Positions 52,588 to 64,000 of a stretch of 64,000 bases of DNA are shown here, piece after piece. This DNA is from Trichinella spiralis (Eukaryota), in the NCBI RefSeq assembly GCF_000181795.1, contig NW_003526945.1, positions 1,364,796 through 1,428,795 on the forward strand, written 5' to 3'. Under the pieces are notes generated by a model that saw nothing but the letters and a program-made list of their open reading frames with translations, searched no databases and was not told where the DNA came from. The first letter of the stretch is position 1, and every line of letters starts with the position of its first letter. Made by a program: the position numbers and the translations under genes.

Positions 52588-52986
52588 TTATTTCTTTTTG
52601 CCGGCAGAAATGATCAACACTCCTCGATTGTTCAAATGCGATTTGAGCGTGTAAACGTCCACATCTCGCGGTAGTCTGTAGCTTCGATGGATTTCTCGTG
52701 AAATGCTTCCAAAATCATCCTGACGGGCGTTATGCGCACAATGGATGACCAATTCGTCACCAAGCAACTTGACCTGAACAAAATTCATCGTAATTAAAAA
52801 AAGAAAAACAAAACAGAATAACCAACTCACCTCGATCTCATTCGGAGTGAAGCAAGGTACGTCCAAATGCACCTCGAAGCGGTCGGCTTCGTTACGCACT
52901 TGTGCCACACCCTCGGACGCTTGCAAAGGCCAATCCCACATCTCGGCCGACCAATTGTGACTAACGGGTACTTTCGTTCCGGACAT
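52588..52986 (-). CDS. hsp-12: Small heat-shock protein, nematode HSP-12 class (alpha-crystallin domain); 2 exons (52831-52986, 52588-52773)
   Basis: MSGTKVPVSHNWSAEMWDWPLQ..FEVHLDVPCFTPNEIE|VKL..ISREIHRSYRLPRDVD..LKSHLNNRGVLIISA. WDWPLQ is the HSP-12 signature. GTGAGT..TTCAG intron at 52774-52830. Confidence 0.95.
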   Translation of the reverse strand: MSGTKVPVSHNWSAEMWDWPLQASEGVAQVRNEADRFEVHLDVPCFTPNEIEVSWLFCFVFLFLITMNFVQVKLLGDELVIHCAHNARQDDFGSISREIHRSYRLPRDVDVYTLKSHLNNRGVLIISAGKKK

Positions 52987-54336
52987 TGTTCGCAAAGTTT
53001 CAACTTTACTTGCCGAAAGCAGACACGCACAACTAACTGGTCAGAGATGCGGCTGAAATGAAGTCTCAGTGCAAACGTTAGCTGAAGTAGAAAATGCCGC
53101 AACACCAACCTCCGCACAAGCAGCAGCAGCACCACCAATCAACCAGGCAGCCAACCACACAACCAGAAGAAGAAGAAGAAGAAGCAAGCAAGCAAGCAAG
53201 TAGTGACAGAAGAAAATGAGGATGCAACAAAGCGAAAGCAATTTTCCAATGAGTCCAAAGCACAACAGCTGTCCCAACACATAAGCGCAAGGATATTTTA
53301 AATCTAGTTTCCTAGCAGCTGATCATAATTGCCCACGGCGTTTCCTGTGACTAGACGACAAGCAAAAGAATCTATCTGCAGCTTCAAACCTGGCAACTGG
53401 CAGTGCAAATGCGAAATAGCGCGCACGCGCATTGTCAATAACGACCGACCGACCCCTCCAGCAAGCAAGCAAGCAGTCAAGCAAGCACTATTTCGACAAC
53501 ACTCGCTTCATTCTCATTTATTGAAAGCATTGAAGAAAAGTGAGTGGAAAAAATAGCAATTGCAAACAGCAACAGAATATGCATGTTCAATAAATAAAAA
53601 AAGATAAGCAATGGCTTCCATTCAGGGTGTGAAAACAGAATAAAATCTAAAATTTAATCAACATGGAATACAGTAATAATAATAATAACTGTTACTGCTA
53701 TATGTAATTATAATCCGATGATGAACAACTTGGATATTCTTGAACGGTAAAAAAAGAAGAGAATACAATCAGTCAAATCAAGATAGAGGGGGAGAGAGGG
53801 AGAAAGAGAGAGGGAGAGAGAGACCACAGTCAATCCCCCTCATGTAAAAAAAATGAAAAAACAATAAGAAAAGTATCACATCTGTACGTTATTATAAACA
53901 GTCGGATAAAAACAGCTTCTTCATAATAAAACTAACTGTAAATCAAAGAAAACAGACGAAACAAACATTACAATAAAGAATCAACATTTTTTGTTCAAAT
54001 CATGTTGCAATGAATTAAAAATGATAATAATAATAATAATAACAGACATCCATCCATCCATCCATCTAGTATATAATAACCCGAAGATTTCAAAATGCTT
54101 CGATATAAAATTTGGAAAATTTTCTATTCTTGGAGCGTTTCTCTGAACTGTATAATTGAAAAGAGAATTCATTTTTTGTTTTCAATGGATATCAAAGGTG
54201 ATTTGTTTCGTTTTTGAAATAAAAATTAAAAAAAAGCAAATGACGTGATTAATCACAAATTGGTGCATAGAACGTAACGTACAACAGTAGTCAAGTGCAC
54301 AGAGTTGTTGAAGCAGATGCTGTTATATTGCAATTT

Positions 54337-57300
54337 TCAATAAAAATATTCTTCATAATCTTTCAAAATGCTTTTCGAAAGGCAGCAGGCAAAACAAATG
54401 CCAAGAATCTAAAAAAAATAAAATAAGAATTTCACTTAAATCCATCATTCAGTGCAACAGGAAAAAGACTAAAAGTTTCATTTAATTCAATGAAGAACAG
54501 ACACAACACCACACAGCATCCAACTTAATGCAAAACTAAAAAGTAACACCAATTAAATAAAGCTACTAAATAAATTCAATTTTTTCTCAAAAAATGATAT
54601 ACAAAACAAATAATGTTATAAACATGTAATAAAGAAAAATCTTCCACACAAAGTTAAATAAATAATGAATACAAGTGAGTATATTTGCTATGTATGTATA
54701 TGTATATGTATCAAAAGTGGTGCGCATTAAATCATAAATGTGAACAAAAATCAAACTGTTTCCTATAAACGAGCAGCGGATGCAAAGTAACAGGTCAAAA
54801 GCATGCCAATGCTCTAAAAATGAAAACTATTTAAATAAAACAATAACTACACATTGCATATCTTTTACATTGTTTGATAATAATACATAAATGAATTGCA
54901 TTTGAAATTGAATTCAACGTTATACACACAACAATAAATTTTCACTCAATTATATAAATAAATAAATAAATAAATAAATAAATATATATATATATATATA
55001 TATCTATATATATATATATATATATATATAGCGCTATTTAGTTGGTCGTTGGAATTTCCATCTTGATGGAAACAAGTTCAATACGTCTAGATTGATGTCG
55101 AAACAAGGGAAAAATGCACTTCTGACGGTGATTCATAATTTTCAATGCGCATGAAAATGCACACTCAATCTATCCTGACTGACAAAAAGCACACGACAAC
55201 AAAGAAGCAATTTCAAAATTTTCAGAAAACAAAAAAAATACGTCATATTCTGCTTACGGATGGATATGTTTGTGTGTTCATTTGAAAAGGACCTCAACAT
55301 ACCTGCACAATAGCCACGCCACAGCCGACACCACCAACAATTGCTGCATTGCTGACAACCCATTCTTTCAGCCGATTGATGCAACCCTGCAAGTATAACA
55401 ATCACAAAATCAATGTGAACATATATATACATATGAGAAATAGTTGTTTTTCGAAAATATTCCTTAATATTCAAAAAGGTTACTACATAATTTTGCTTAA
55501 GCTCACTTAAGCAGCTAACAGCTGAAAGAACTTCACAGAATAATGCACAGATCATATGATGCTACCATAAATATAAAGCTTCCGTTCAGTTGAGATTTTA
55601 CATCCCACATTTACACATATTCAACAAGAATTCAAGAATATTTACTTTTATACAGTAGATCAGATTGAAAAATAACCACATCAAGTAAGGATCAAATTAT
55701 CGTTAAAAAGTACTCTCTCAGCAAAGAAATGAAAAACTATTTTCAAAGTTATTTGTAATTCTCTAAAGTATTCAGTTAAAAATCATTCTTAATAATCATC
55801 AATAAAAACCCTCAATAAGCAACTTTCAATACATTTGTACTTGAAAATCATTATATGGTGATATCAACGTTTCATCTAAAATTGTATTTATACAAATAAT
55901 AAATTTAGACGTTTTTTTTGGCAACAGGAATCAGTTGTGTTGTAATGATTCTATTTAAACAATAAGATGCATGCAATTCCACTGTGCTTCGTTTACCACT
56001 TGTGAAAATGTGACAAAGAATGCATATAATCGTGAAACATTGCAATTCTTTGGAAAATGAATTTCGCTTTCTCTCTCACATTTCTCACAAATTTCCACCA
56101 CTGCATTTATCCCACCTCCCACGAATAGTTAAAATAAAAAAAATTCAAATAAAATCAATTTCTATAAAATATAAGTAATCAAATAGAATCATAAACTGGT
56201 ATGGTATAGTTCTTTCTATATGCCCAGCACAACATTATATATATATATATATATATATAATCTTAAATAAAATACGAGGCAGTGTGCCAGTTGCAATGCT
56301 TAAATCACAGCAGTAACAAGCTGTTTTGACACATTGCTGTGTATTTGCAATATCAATTCATTTGCCATCGCCGTATTCCTTCAACTCATATAACAAATAC
56401 ACATAGTTATTCACGCATGTCAAATGTGCATAAGTGCAAGAATATATTAATTGGCTATGTGGAGTAAAAGAAAGCAAAACCGCATGCTTGTTGTTGAGTG
56501 ATTAATGTCACAGAAAACAGAAACAGGGAACAACAGCTGAAAAGAAACTGGAAATATTTGCAACTACAGATGGACACAATAAGATGGAACTAACTGGTCC
56601 ATATTAAACAAAGTATATTAGATTACGCGTAAAGCTGCTAAATTTATGTTTAAAAATTGTAAAATAAATCTAAAAGAGTAAATTTCCACGTAAAACATCC
56701 ATGCATGCAGTATAATTTTAAACTATTATATTAGATTATCAATTTGTTAAACGCATTTCGAAAAAAACTCACGTCAACATAAATGACATCCGATTTTGCG
56801 CTGAGCCATTTCACGTCCAAATCGCTTGTGCATGTCGGAGATTGAACACGGCAGCAACTAGTGGGTATTTTTTCAAATTTCGTGTAACTCCAATCAGTGT
56901 AATTGTTCGTGCCACAACATTCAAACTATATACAGAGTACATAAGTGATAAAGAAAAAGAGGAATATTTAAAATATTTTCAATGAAATTTGTTCCACTTA
57001 CTTGTGTTTGAAGAGCATCCCAGGCTAAGGTGACACCATCAGCGCCAGTTTGATTATAATTATCCATACCAATTTTAGCATGTTCTCCAATAATCTCTTC
57101 AACCTTGAAATGAACAAAAACAATGCAAACAAAAAATACATAAAATAATACTTCCATACTCACATCATTTCGTAGTACATATGAAGCAATGCCAGCAGCC
57201 AATTCCAAAATGAAAATAACGCCTAACAAAACGGCAAACTAAAAGCAAAAAACAATAATCAGCTAATGAATACAAAACACAATCTAGTGGTAAGAAAACG

Positions 57301-59577
57301 TTAATTTTTTAGATTTTACAATAAAAATTTTCAACGCATTATTATGGACAAGATATTTGTAAAAATTTTAAAGTAAAATCAGGAAACTAGCAAAAATAGT
57401 AATATAAAAAAACCACATGCAACATTGCCAATATTTTATCAGTCATACAACTTCCCAAAATTCCCTTGAACGACTTTTTAATTCTATACTCTATTTCACA
57501 ACATTCAATTTACACTAACTGCTACTTTGGATCATTTTATGTGCTATCGGTCAAATGTGCAACTGTCATTTTAGCAGTACTTTTTTGTGAATAATTAATT
57601 TTTCGCTTGATCACATTTTCAGCAACAGCTGAAACTTATACAACAATTTGTTTTACAGTTTCATGAATGTTGAACTTGATTTCAGTTTAACATGGCTGCC
57701 AGATGCATATACTGTAAAATAAACGAATCGACTAAAAAAACAATGACGTAGACGCACGAAGTTGAAGGAACGACTTGAATAAGGAATGAATTGAAAAAAA
57801 CAGTCTAAGAATCGCCCACAACAAACGAACTGACGTATGAAATGGTTTTTTAATCAGCAAGATGGTTTTTTTCACGGCCGTTGATCGATCGATTACATCA
57901 TTTACCGTTTCCAGTGGATCAGGTTGGTTGGTTAGCTTCGTTGCTGCTTTGTGTTCTTTTTTGACTTTCTGCTCCAGTTCAGTTGTCAAGCGAAGAGAAA
58001 AACAAAAGCAGAATTGAATTTCAACCTTTCAACCAACCAACTAACTATTAAAATTATTCAAAATCGTGAAATTCGTGTTTTTTTTTCTGTCATTTGTATC
58101 GACAGGCACGTACGTCTCTGTCTGTGTATGGTTAATGGTGCAAATCAAAGCGACAGCCCGGCGCAGCTCGCATCTGTTCGTTGTCAATTTCCGAAACGTG
58201 GAGGAAAAATCGAAACCCGTCTATCCGTTCGATATAGGGAAAAGGCGCTTCGGCGCAAGTGGATTAGCCAAGCTCCGGGCTTCGAACAATGGTCAAAATT
58301 CGTTTCATTGATCCCAAAGCTTTTAAGAAGCGCCGTTGCAATTCTTGATCATCTGCCGGCGCCAGTCTCAAGAGGATGCGACTCTTGTGGACGATGGCGA
58401 TCGATGATCGACAGGTTGTGGAAAATTTGTCGCGTCCGTGTTTCAATTTCCTGCTGAACCACAGATGAAATCATTTATTTCCCTTGATCACGCACGCACG
58501 CAAATGTCCACAACACGTAAAATACACCAAAACATGCCAACTAACCACCAATATAATAGAACACCACCAAGTTGCATTCGAGTGAACAGACTGGGGAGCT
58601 AATTTTAAATGAAAAAGAAAATCGACCGCATCTTCTTTCTCCACTGTTGTTGTTGTTGTTGTTGTTGTAATATGCTGATTTAGCTTCAACAACAAGCATG
58701 GCCGACTTTGGCCTCGTTCCAAGACTATGCCCACAGTTAAGCACTGCCCTCGATCACTGATGACCGACCGTTTCAGGTCATCTCTGAAGACAATGCACAC
58801 AATGCCAAACTTCACTTTCCTCAATCTCGTTATGCAGTAATTTAATACAAACTTGAATCTTGAAGACCACGTCAAAAATGACAAATAGTAAACCAAGACA
58901 TTCGAAATTGGACATCAAGTTCTGAAAAATTGGGCCGCGCATTCAAACTGGACTCCAGGCGACCCCCTTTTGGTCGTTGATCCTGTGAACCTTTGCGGAA
59001 TAAGCAAACAAGTTAACAATAAATTCTTAACGGTTGATATCAAAATTGACCATAAAAATATTAGCAATCTTTTTATATTGCTTTCTGAAATTACCAAACC
59101 AACATTTCTGCCAGCCATTTCTCCTGTTTTTGTCAATAGAATCTTAATATTATCCTTGAACAAGAATCCTGTTCCGTTGACCAAAAAAGTTTTCTTTGAT
59201 AAACAATCGTACTTACAGTCATCGTCATGCAGTAATTTTCGCGGATAGCACCACAACAGCCGAAGAATCCTAGCACTGAAAGAATACATCCGACGATGAT
59301 GAGCAATATGGGAGTGGAGAGAAAAGTGTCGCCCAGAAAATTTATGTAATTTGAATACTTTATCTGGATAACCGCTCCAACGACAATCAGCCCAATTCCA
59401 GATAACTGAAAGTAAACAGAACCGTATCAGTTCAGCTGTCGAAGAGCATACACACGCATCGGGACGGTCAAATCATCTGGAGCAAGCAGTGCTTTTCTAA
59501 AATGCGATGCTTACCCAAAATATAAAATTGAACAAGAACAGAAGATATTTAATAATTGTCATGCCACCGTGAACCAT
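54337..59577 (-). CDS. tsp-7: Tetraspanin, CD63/TSP-7-like, 245 aa; exons 59515-59577, 59217-59405, 57164-57238, 57002-57103, 56773-56925, 55303-55386, 54337-54408
   Basis: MVHGGMTIIKYLLFLFNFIFW, GFFGCCGAIRENYC, FECCG, PTSCC, GCI, and last exon ILGICFACCLSKSILKDYEEYFY*, which closely resembles C. elegans TSP-7 as I recall it. All introns are phase 0 with canonical sites. Confidence 0.93.
54763..54813 (-). CDS. Candidate alternative terminal exon of the tetraspanin (SIGMLLTCYFASAARL*)
   Basis: tttttag acceptor, phase 0, hydrophobic 16-aa peptide that aligns with the ILGICFACCLSKS TM4 half, followed by TAG. Confidence 0.55.
   Translation of the reverse strand, partial: SIGMLLTCYFASAARL
54955..55030. 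repeat. Compound (TAAA)n(TA)n microsatellite in the last tetraspanin intron
   Basis: Visible compound repeat. Confidence 0.9.
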
Positions 59578-60200
59578 TTTCAGCAATAATTTCCACGCAA
59601 AGACAATCAAGTGAAATTAATGCAAACGAGATGGCCAATTATTATAAACTCAATATTTTCATCTACAGTATGAACCATAATGAACAAAAGGTAACATTAG
59701 TAACCTATTTTTAATTTTTGAAAACATATTTTGCATACAAATGAATCACTCATTTGATGCAATTGTATTGATTAATTTTAAAAAAATGGTAAAATATGTA
59801 TGCAAAAGGGACAAAATTTAAATACACTTTACTGTTTCGGTAAACAAATGCGACGTTTTATCGAAAAAAATGAATTGCAAAAGAAGGAATTTATGCATGT
59901 CACCATTACGGTACATTGTTATTTATATTCAAAAAAATGGTTTTCGAGAACACGTTTTTTCCATTAGAAAAGGTCAACGATTTGCAAGTACGATAGTTTT
60001 TCAACGTAAACAATAATGATTCACGCTACTATTACGATGAAGAAGAAATGTTTCATTACTCCAACGCTGAGAAAAAGAAACTGTAAGGCATTCACAAATT
60101 TTCCATCGAATATACAGTCGAACAAATGATAAAAATACCTGAACAGTGCAAACAAATAAAATAACAACTCGTAAATTTCAGTTTCACTATAAATAATGTC

Positions 60201-63200
60201 TTAAATTATATTTTCAACAGTGACTGTTGAGCCATTTTCAACATCTTGCTGTTCTTGGTGGTGCTCTTGTTCTTCTTGCTGTTGCTGTTGTTGTTGTTGT
60301 TGTTCATGTTGTTGTTGCTGCTGCTGCTGCTCATGCTCATGCTCATGCTGCTGCTGCTGTTCTTGTTCTTCTTGTTCTTGCTCTTCTTTCTGTTCTTCTT
60401 GTAGTAGTTGTTCTGACAACCCTTCTTCTGTTTCAAAATTGCTCACTGTCTTTGGTTTACGGGATATGACAAGAAAATGAACTAGACAGCTTATTAAATT
60501 CCAATCCGATGATTGACCAAAAGGATACATTAGTGGAAGCAATAAGCTAACATAATCTGATGCTGGACACAGTTCATTTGGCAATGTCGGAAAACTAACT
60601 TCATCGAATATTAAACATTTCAAAAGTTTTACAGCAACAAATCTTCGAAAAGATGAATCCTCCTGATTGGCCATCAGTTGAATAAGCTGTCCAAATAATG
60701 ATGAATCATTTTCACGGATGAGAATCCTGAGAAAAGCTTCAAAAGCAGCTCGACGAACGATTGGTGGACGATTGAAATCCAAATAGCTCAACCAAAGTCT
60801 GTTGTCACAATCAATCAGTTTCCAATATTGAAACTCGGCCAGTGAATGCAAAGCTGCAACGGTGATCTCATCTCTGTAGCTTGGAAATTTCGCATCCAAT
60901 GCCAACGAGATTATTATTTCTTTGAACAGTTTCATTAATAGATGCCTCGCTCTGTACGCATCGTGTTGCGCAAATTGGTCGACAAAATGACGGATCGAAA
61001 ATTCCATCGCATCTGAATTCAACACTGCAAACGGTTGCACCATATTGCCGATCGCCTTAATAATAGTCGCTCTGTAAGCGTCGTCCGAATACCGATTGCC
61101 GCTGTTTGTATTATAATAAGAAAGATGGTAGACGAACTGCAAAACATCCGTCGATATGGTATCGTGCACAGTCTTCAGTTGTGATATTGCCAACAGCAGT
61201 GCCTTTTTCAAATAGTACAATTGAAAATTGGTAAAATTATTTGGCTTAGCCAGTGTAGGATAATTCTGAGAACAAAATAATTTTCGAAATAATTGCACCA
61301 AAACTGCATGCGGGTTACAAACGGCTGTATTTGCGCTTGACATGCTTGCCAGGGCAAAACAAGCCGCACAACGGACCCGATAATAACATTGGCTGCTTTC
61401 AATAATTTCAGACAATGCAGCTTGTGTATGTACAGTTCTCATCTTTGGAAGTCCTTTCAGCGCATCCAACTGTGCAACAATTATCCGTTCATACCGCAGT
61501 TGGTAATGCCAACTGTAATCTGGCTGGTCAATATTCACCTTGCGAATCGTATTTAAACGAGGATCAACCAAAATCCACAATACTGGACTTTCCGAGTCCA
61601 TAGCACTTAAATCCATGTCTATTTCATCGCCAGTCCAAATTGGAATCTTCCGCTTCCGATGACGCCTTGCTTTCGAATGGCACTGAATATCATGATTTGA
61701 AATGACATCGTCAATTTGCAATGAATGGGTAAAATGACCATCCAACTCTTGCACACTTACTAAAAAATAAAAAAAAATAAACCAACATATGTAAATTTAT
61801 TATTTTCAACTTATTGCAATTTATTCACTATAAAAGAAACATATTCTTCAAATTTTAACAACACTTTGACGTCGAATATTTGCAAAAACCAATTAAATAT
61901 GCAATTAATGATCAACAAAAATCCATAACAAGATTTGAAAAAAAATTTTGCTTATAATAAATAATTTTTTCCAATTACCTGATATTGGTCCAAGATATTT
62001 TACTAAGCCTGGCCGATTTAAATTTTGGGTGATTTGCAATTCGAGAACGTTTCGCTTACGATTGAAAACGTAACTGACTGAAAATTCAGCATGACCACCT
62101 TGGTGAACCCACTGGTCAAAAAAGGTACCTAAATCCATGCCACAAACATTTGAAACACAACGCGTAAATGAATCAAATGTTAAACACATGTTCATCCATG
62201 CAGAAGGTTTCAAAGCCTCTTTCGAAGCAAGCATTGCCACGGACAACAATTTATTGAGAACCTAAAATCAAATAAAAATATATACATTATTTTTTCGTTC
62301 TCTTACTTAATACATACAACAATAACTGTCATAGAATAAAGATATACAGTAACAGAATACAGTTATAAAATATACTAATGACGATTGATACCTGATAAAA
62401 GAGTTCTTTGGTAATCTTGAATTCAAGTAGCCGAAATATTAAAACTGCTTTTTTCATAAGAATATCTGCATGCACTGGATTGTTAAAAAACGGAGAACTC
62501 GAATCCGATATTCTGTCTTCATTTGATTCATCACGTGGCAGTAGCACTATACCTCCGTGCTTCTTTTCATAATCGATAACTTCGTCTAATAGCTTTGAAA
62601 TTTGGTACATATATTCATTTTGTCCAAATGTTCGCTGAACATACATTTTGCTCAAATACAGTGCCAAACCCTCAGCAAACCAACGTTCCTGCCAGTTTCC
62701 CTGTACCACAAAACAACCTTCAAAGAATGAAATGAAATTAAGCATAAAATATAAAACAAAAACTGAAATTCAACTTACCATAAAATTGTTGCGCAACACA
62801 CACGGCAATCATTTCCCTGGTAATTGCTTGTTGATCAATCACTTTCTCATTAAACAAAAACGATGCATCAACTAATGCCAGTGTAGAATAAGATACACTA
62901 TCCAGTGGAAGATCATGAACAAAAACCATCTTGAAAGATGAATGTGGATATCGCAAAGACAAAAGCTCTTCGTAAAATTCGAATACTCTGTTCAAATGCT
63001 CCATTGTACATTTTAAATCTGGAAGATAGTTTTTCAAACAAAAACACGACAACTCATTCATTTCAGGATGTACATATAGGTCTAGATTTCCAACAGCAAA
63101 ACCAATATTACATGCAGGTGTTGGCGAATTCATCAAATACAAGTAGGTTTTCTGTGTTAAACTATCATTTATGGATACATCCTGAATTTGAAAAAAAAAT

Positions 63201-64000
63201 AACAGTTAAACGAAATCATATACAAACGTTTCACTGTTTCCCAGTTGTACCTGCAAATTTCCCGAACAAACGGCAGTTAAATTCAAATCACAGGTAACAC
63301 TTAAACGCCAAAGACATAATTTTGACGGAGAATCAAAGCAAGGAAACCACGCTCGTGATTCGTAATTGGAATGTTTCCAACTGTACACATGACTATAATT
63401 TTTCCAAACTTTATTTTTATCCACGTTGTGAATAAATCGTACACCATAAGTTGGCTTTTCAACAATGAAATCAATGTGCACTCGAATACTTTTCATTGAA
63501 TCCACCTTGTGCCAAATTTCAGGCGGAATTCTCACTAAATACTTTCAACAACGTACATTCAACGATAAAAATCAAATTATATACTTCACTAAATGTTAAT
63601 GATTAGAACTGCAATTAATTTGCAAATTTTCTCAATTACAAAAGCAACTAACTGATATTTACCTTTCAATTCAGCAACACCAGTATCTGGATCCATTTTT
63701 TCTGCTAATTCAGATAACCCTTTAACGAGAGTTTCATTCGGCATTTCATCAAAATCACGATTCATAGTTTCAATAAAATTTTTGTGCTCAAAATAAGCGT
63801 TCGATCCTTTATTGAAATAAATCCGTTTTATTTTACACTGATTGGAACAATTCAAACAGATGACACGCTGTTTAGGAGCATTTGGAAAAACCATAATTTC
63901 AGTGAAGCATTCCAAAACGTGATTGACAAAATCTATCTTCGAAATGCATAAGACCTGTTCTACTGGCTTAAACAAGCCAACATTTGATAACGAATGATTG
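60201..64000 (-). CDS. TAF2: TFIID subunit 2 (M1-aminopeptidase-like fold); 5' end just beyond the window
   Basis: FKPVEQVLCISKIDF, ESRAWFPCFDS..LCLW, PTPACNIGFAVG, FEFYEELLSLRYPHSSFKMVFV, FFDQWVHQGGHAEFSVSYVFNRKRNVLELQITQ, QELDGHFTHSLQID..CHSKARRHRKRKIP..DSESPVLWILVDP, YYRVRCAACFAL. Confidence 0.96.
60243..60410. repeat. Coding CAG/CAA/GAA trinucleotide-type repeat (Q/E/H tract at the TAF2 C-terminus)
   Basis: Translates to EEQKEEQEQEEQEQQQQHEHEHEQQQQQQQHEQQQ... Confidence 0.9.

Noticed and set aside
55143..55175. Third possible tetraspanin last exon (DRLSVHFHAH*)
   Set aside because: The polar peptide cannot complete TM4.
56275..56390. Cys-containing stretch (QQCVKTACYCCD) as an alternative EC2 exon
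   Set aside because: In-frame stop upstream, no CCG motif and weak splice sites.
60220..60480. Plus-strand poly-Cys 'metallothionein-like' ORF
   Set aside because: Antisense shadow of the TAF2 CAG/CAA repeat.
1..64000. CRISPR array or prokaryotic defence/operon system
   Set aside because: The DNA is intron-containing eukaryotic sequence, with no regularly spaced repeat-spacer array or cas-like ORF.

Overview
AT-rich eukaryotic genomic DNA with short (~50-95 nt) GT-AG introns and many (TA)n/(CA)n/(TAA)n microsatellites. Gene content (nematode HSP-12-type sHSP, TSP-7-like tetraspanin) indicates a nematode, probably clade I such as Trichinella (inference). Minus-strand genes, right to left: TAF2 (5' end just outside window), CD63/TSP-7-like tetraspanin with two candidate alternative last exons, HSP-12, FAN1, a compact APC retaining 20R/CID/SAMP-like motifs, a 4-Ig/5-FN3 protogenin-like receptor and a divergent p55-type MAGUK. 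The only plus-strand gene is a pogo/CENP-B-type DNA-binding protein without a DDE domain, head-to-head with or nested in the APC 5' region. The most unusual feature is the first ~7 kb: a 1286-bp tandem duplication plus older diverged copies, whose minus strand reads as a chain of 9-26 nt micro-exons separated by 57-95 nt introns, downstream of a possible signal-peptide start. This is a candidate micro-exon gene that ORF finding misses. It rests on manual splice-site reading and needs RNA evidence. All exon boundaries were read by eye and no database searches were run.
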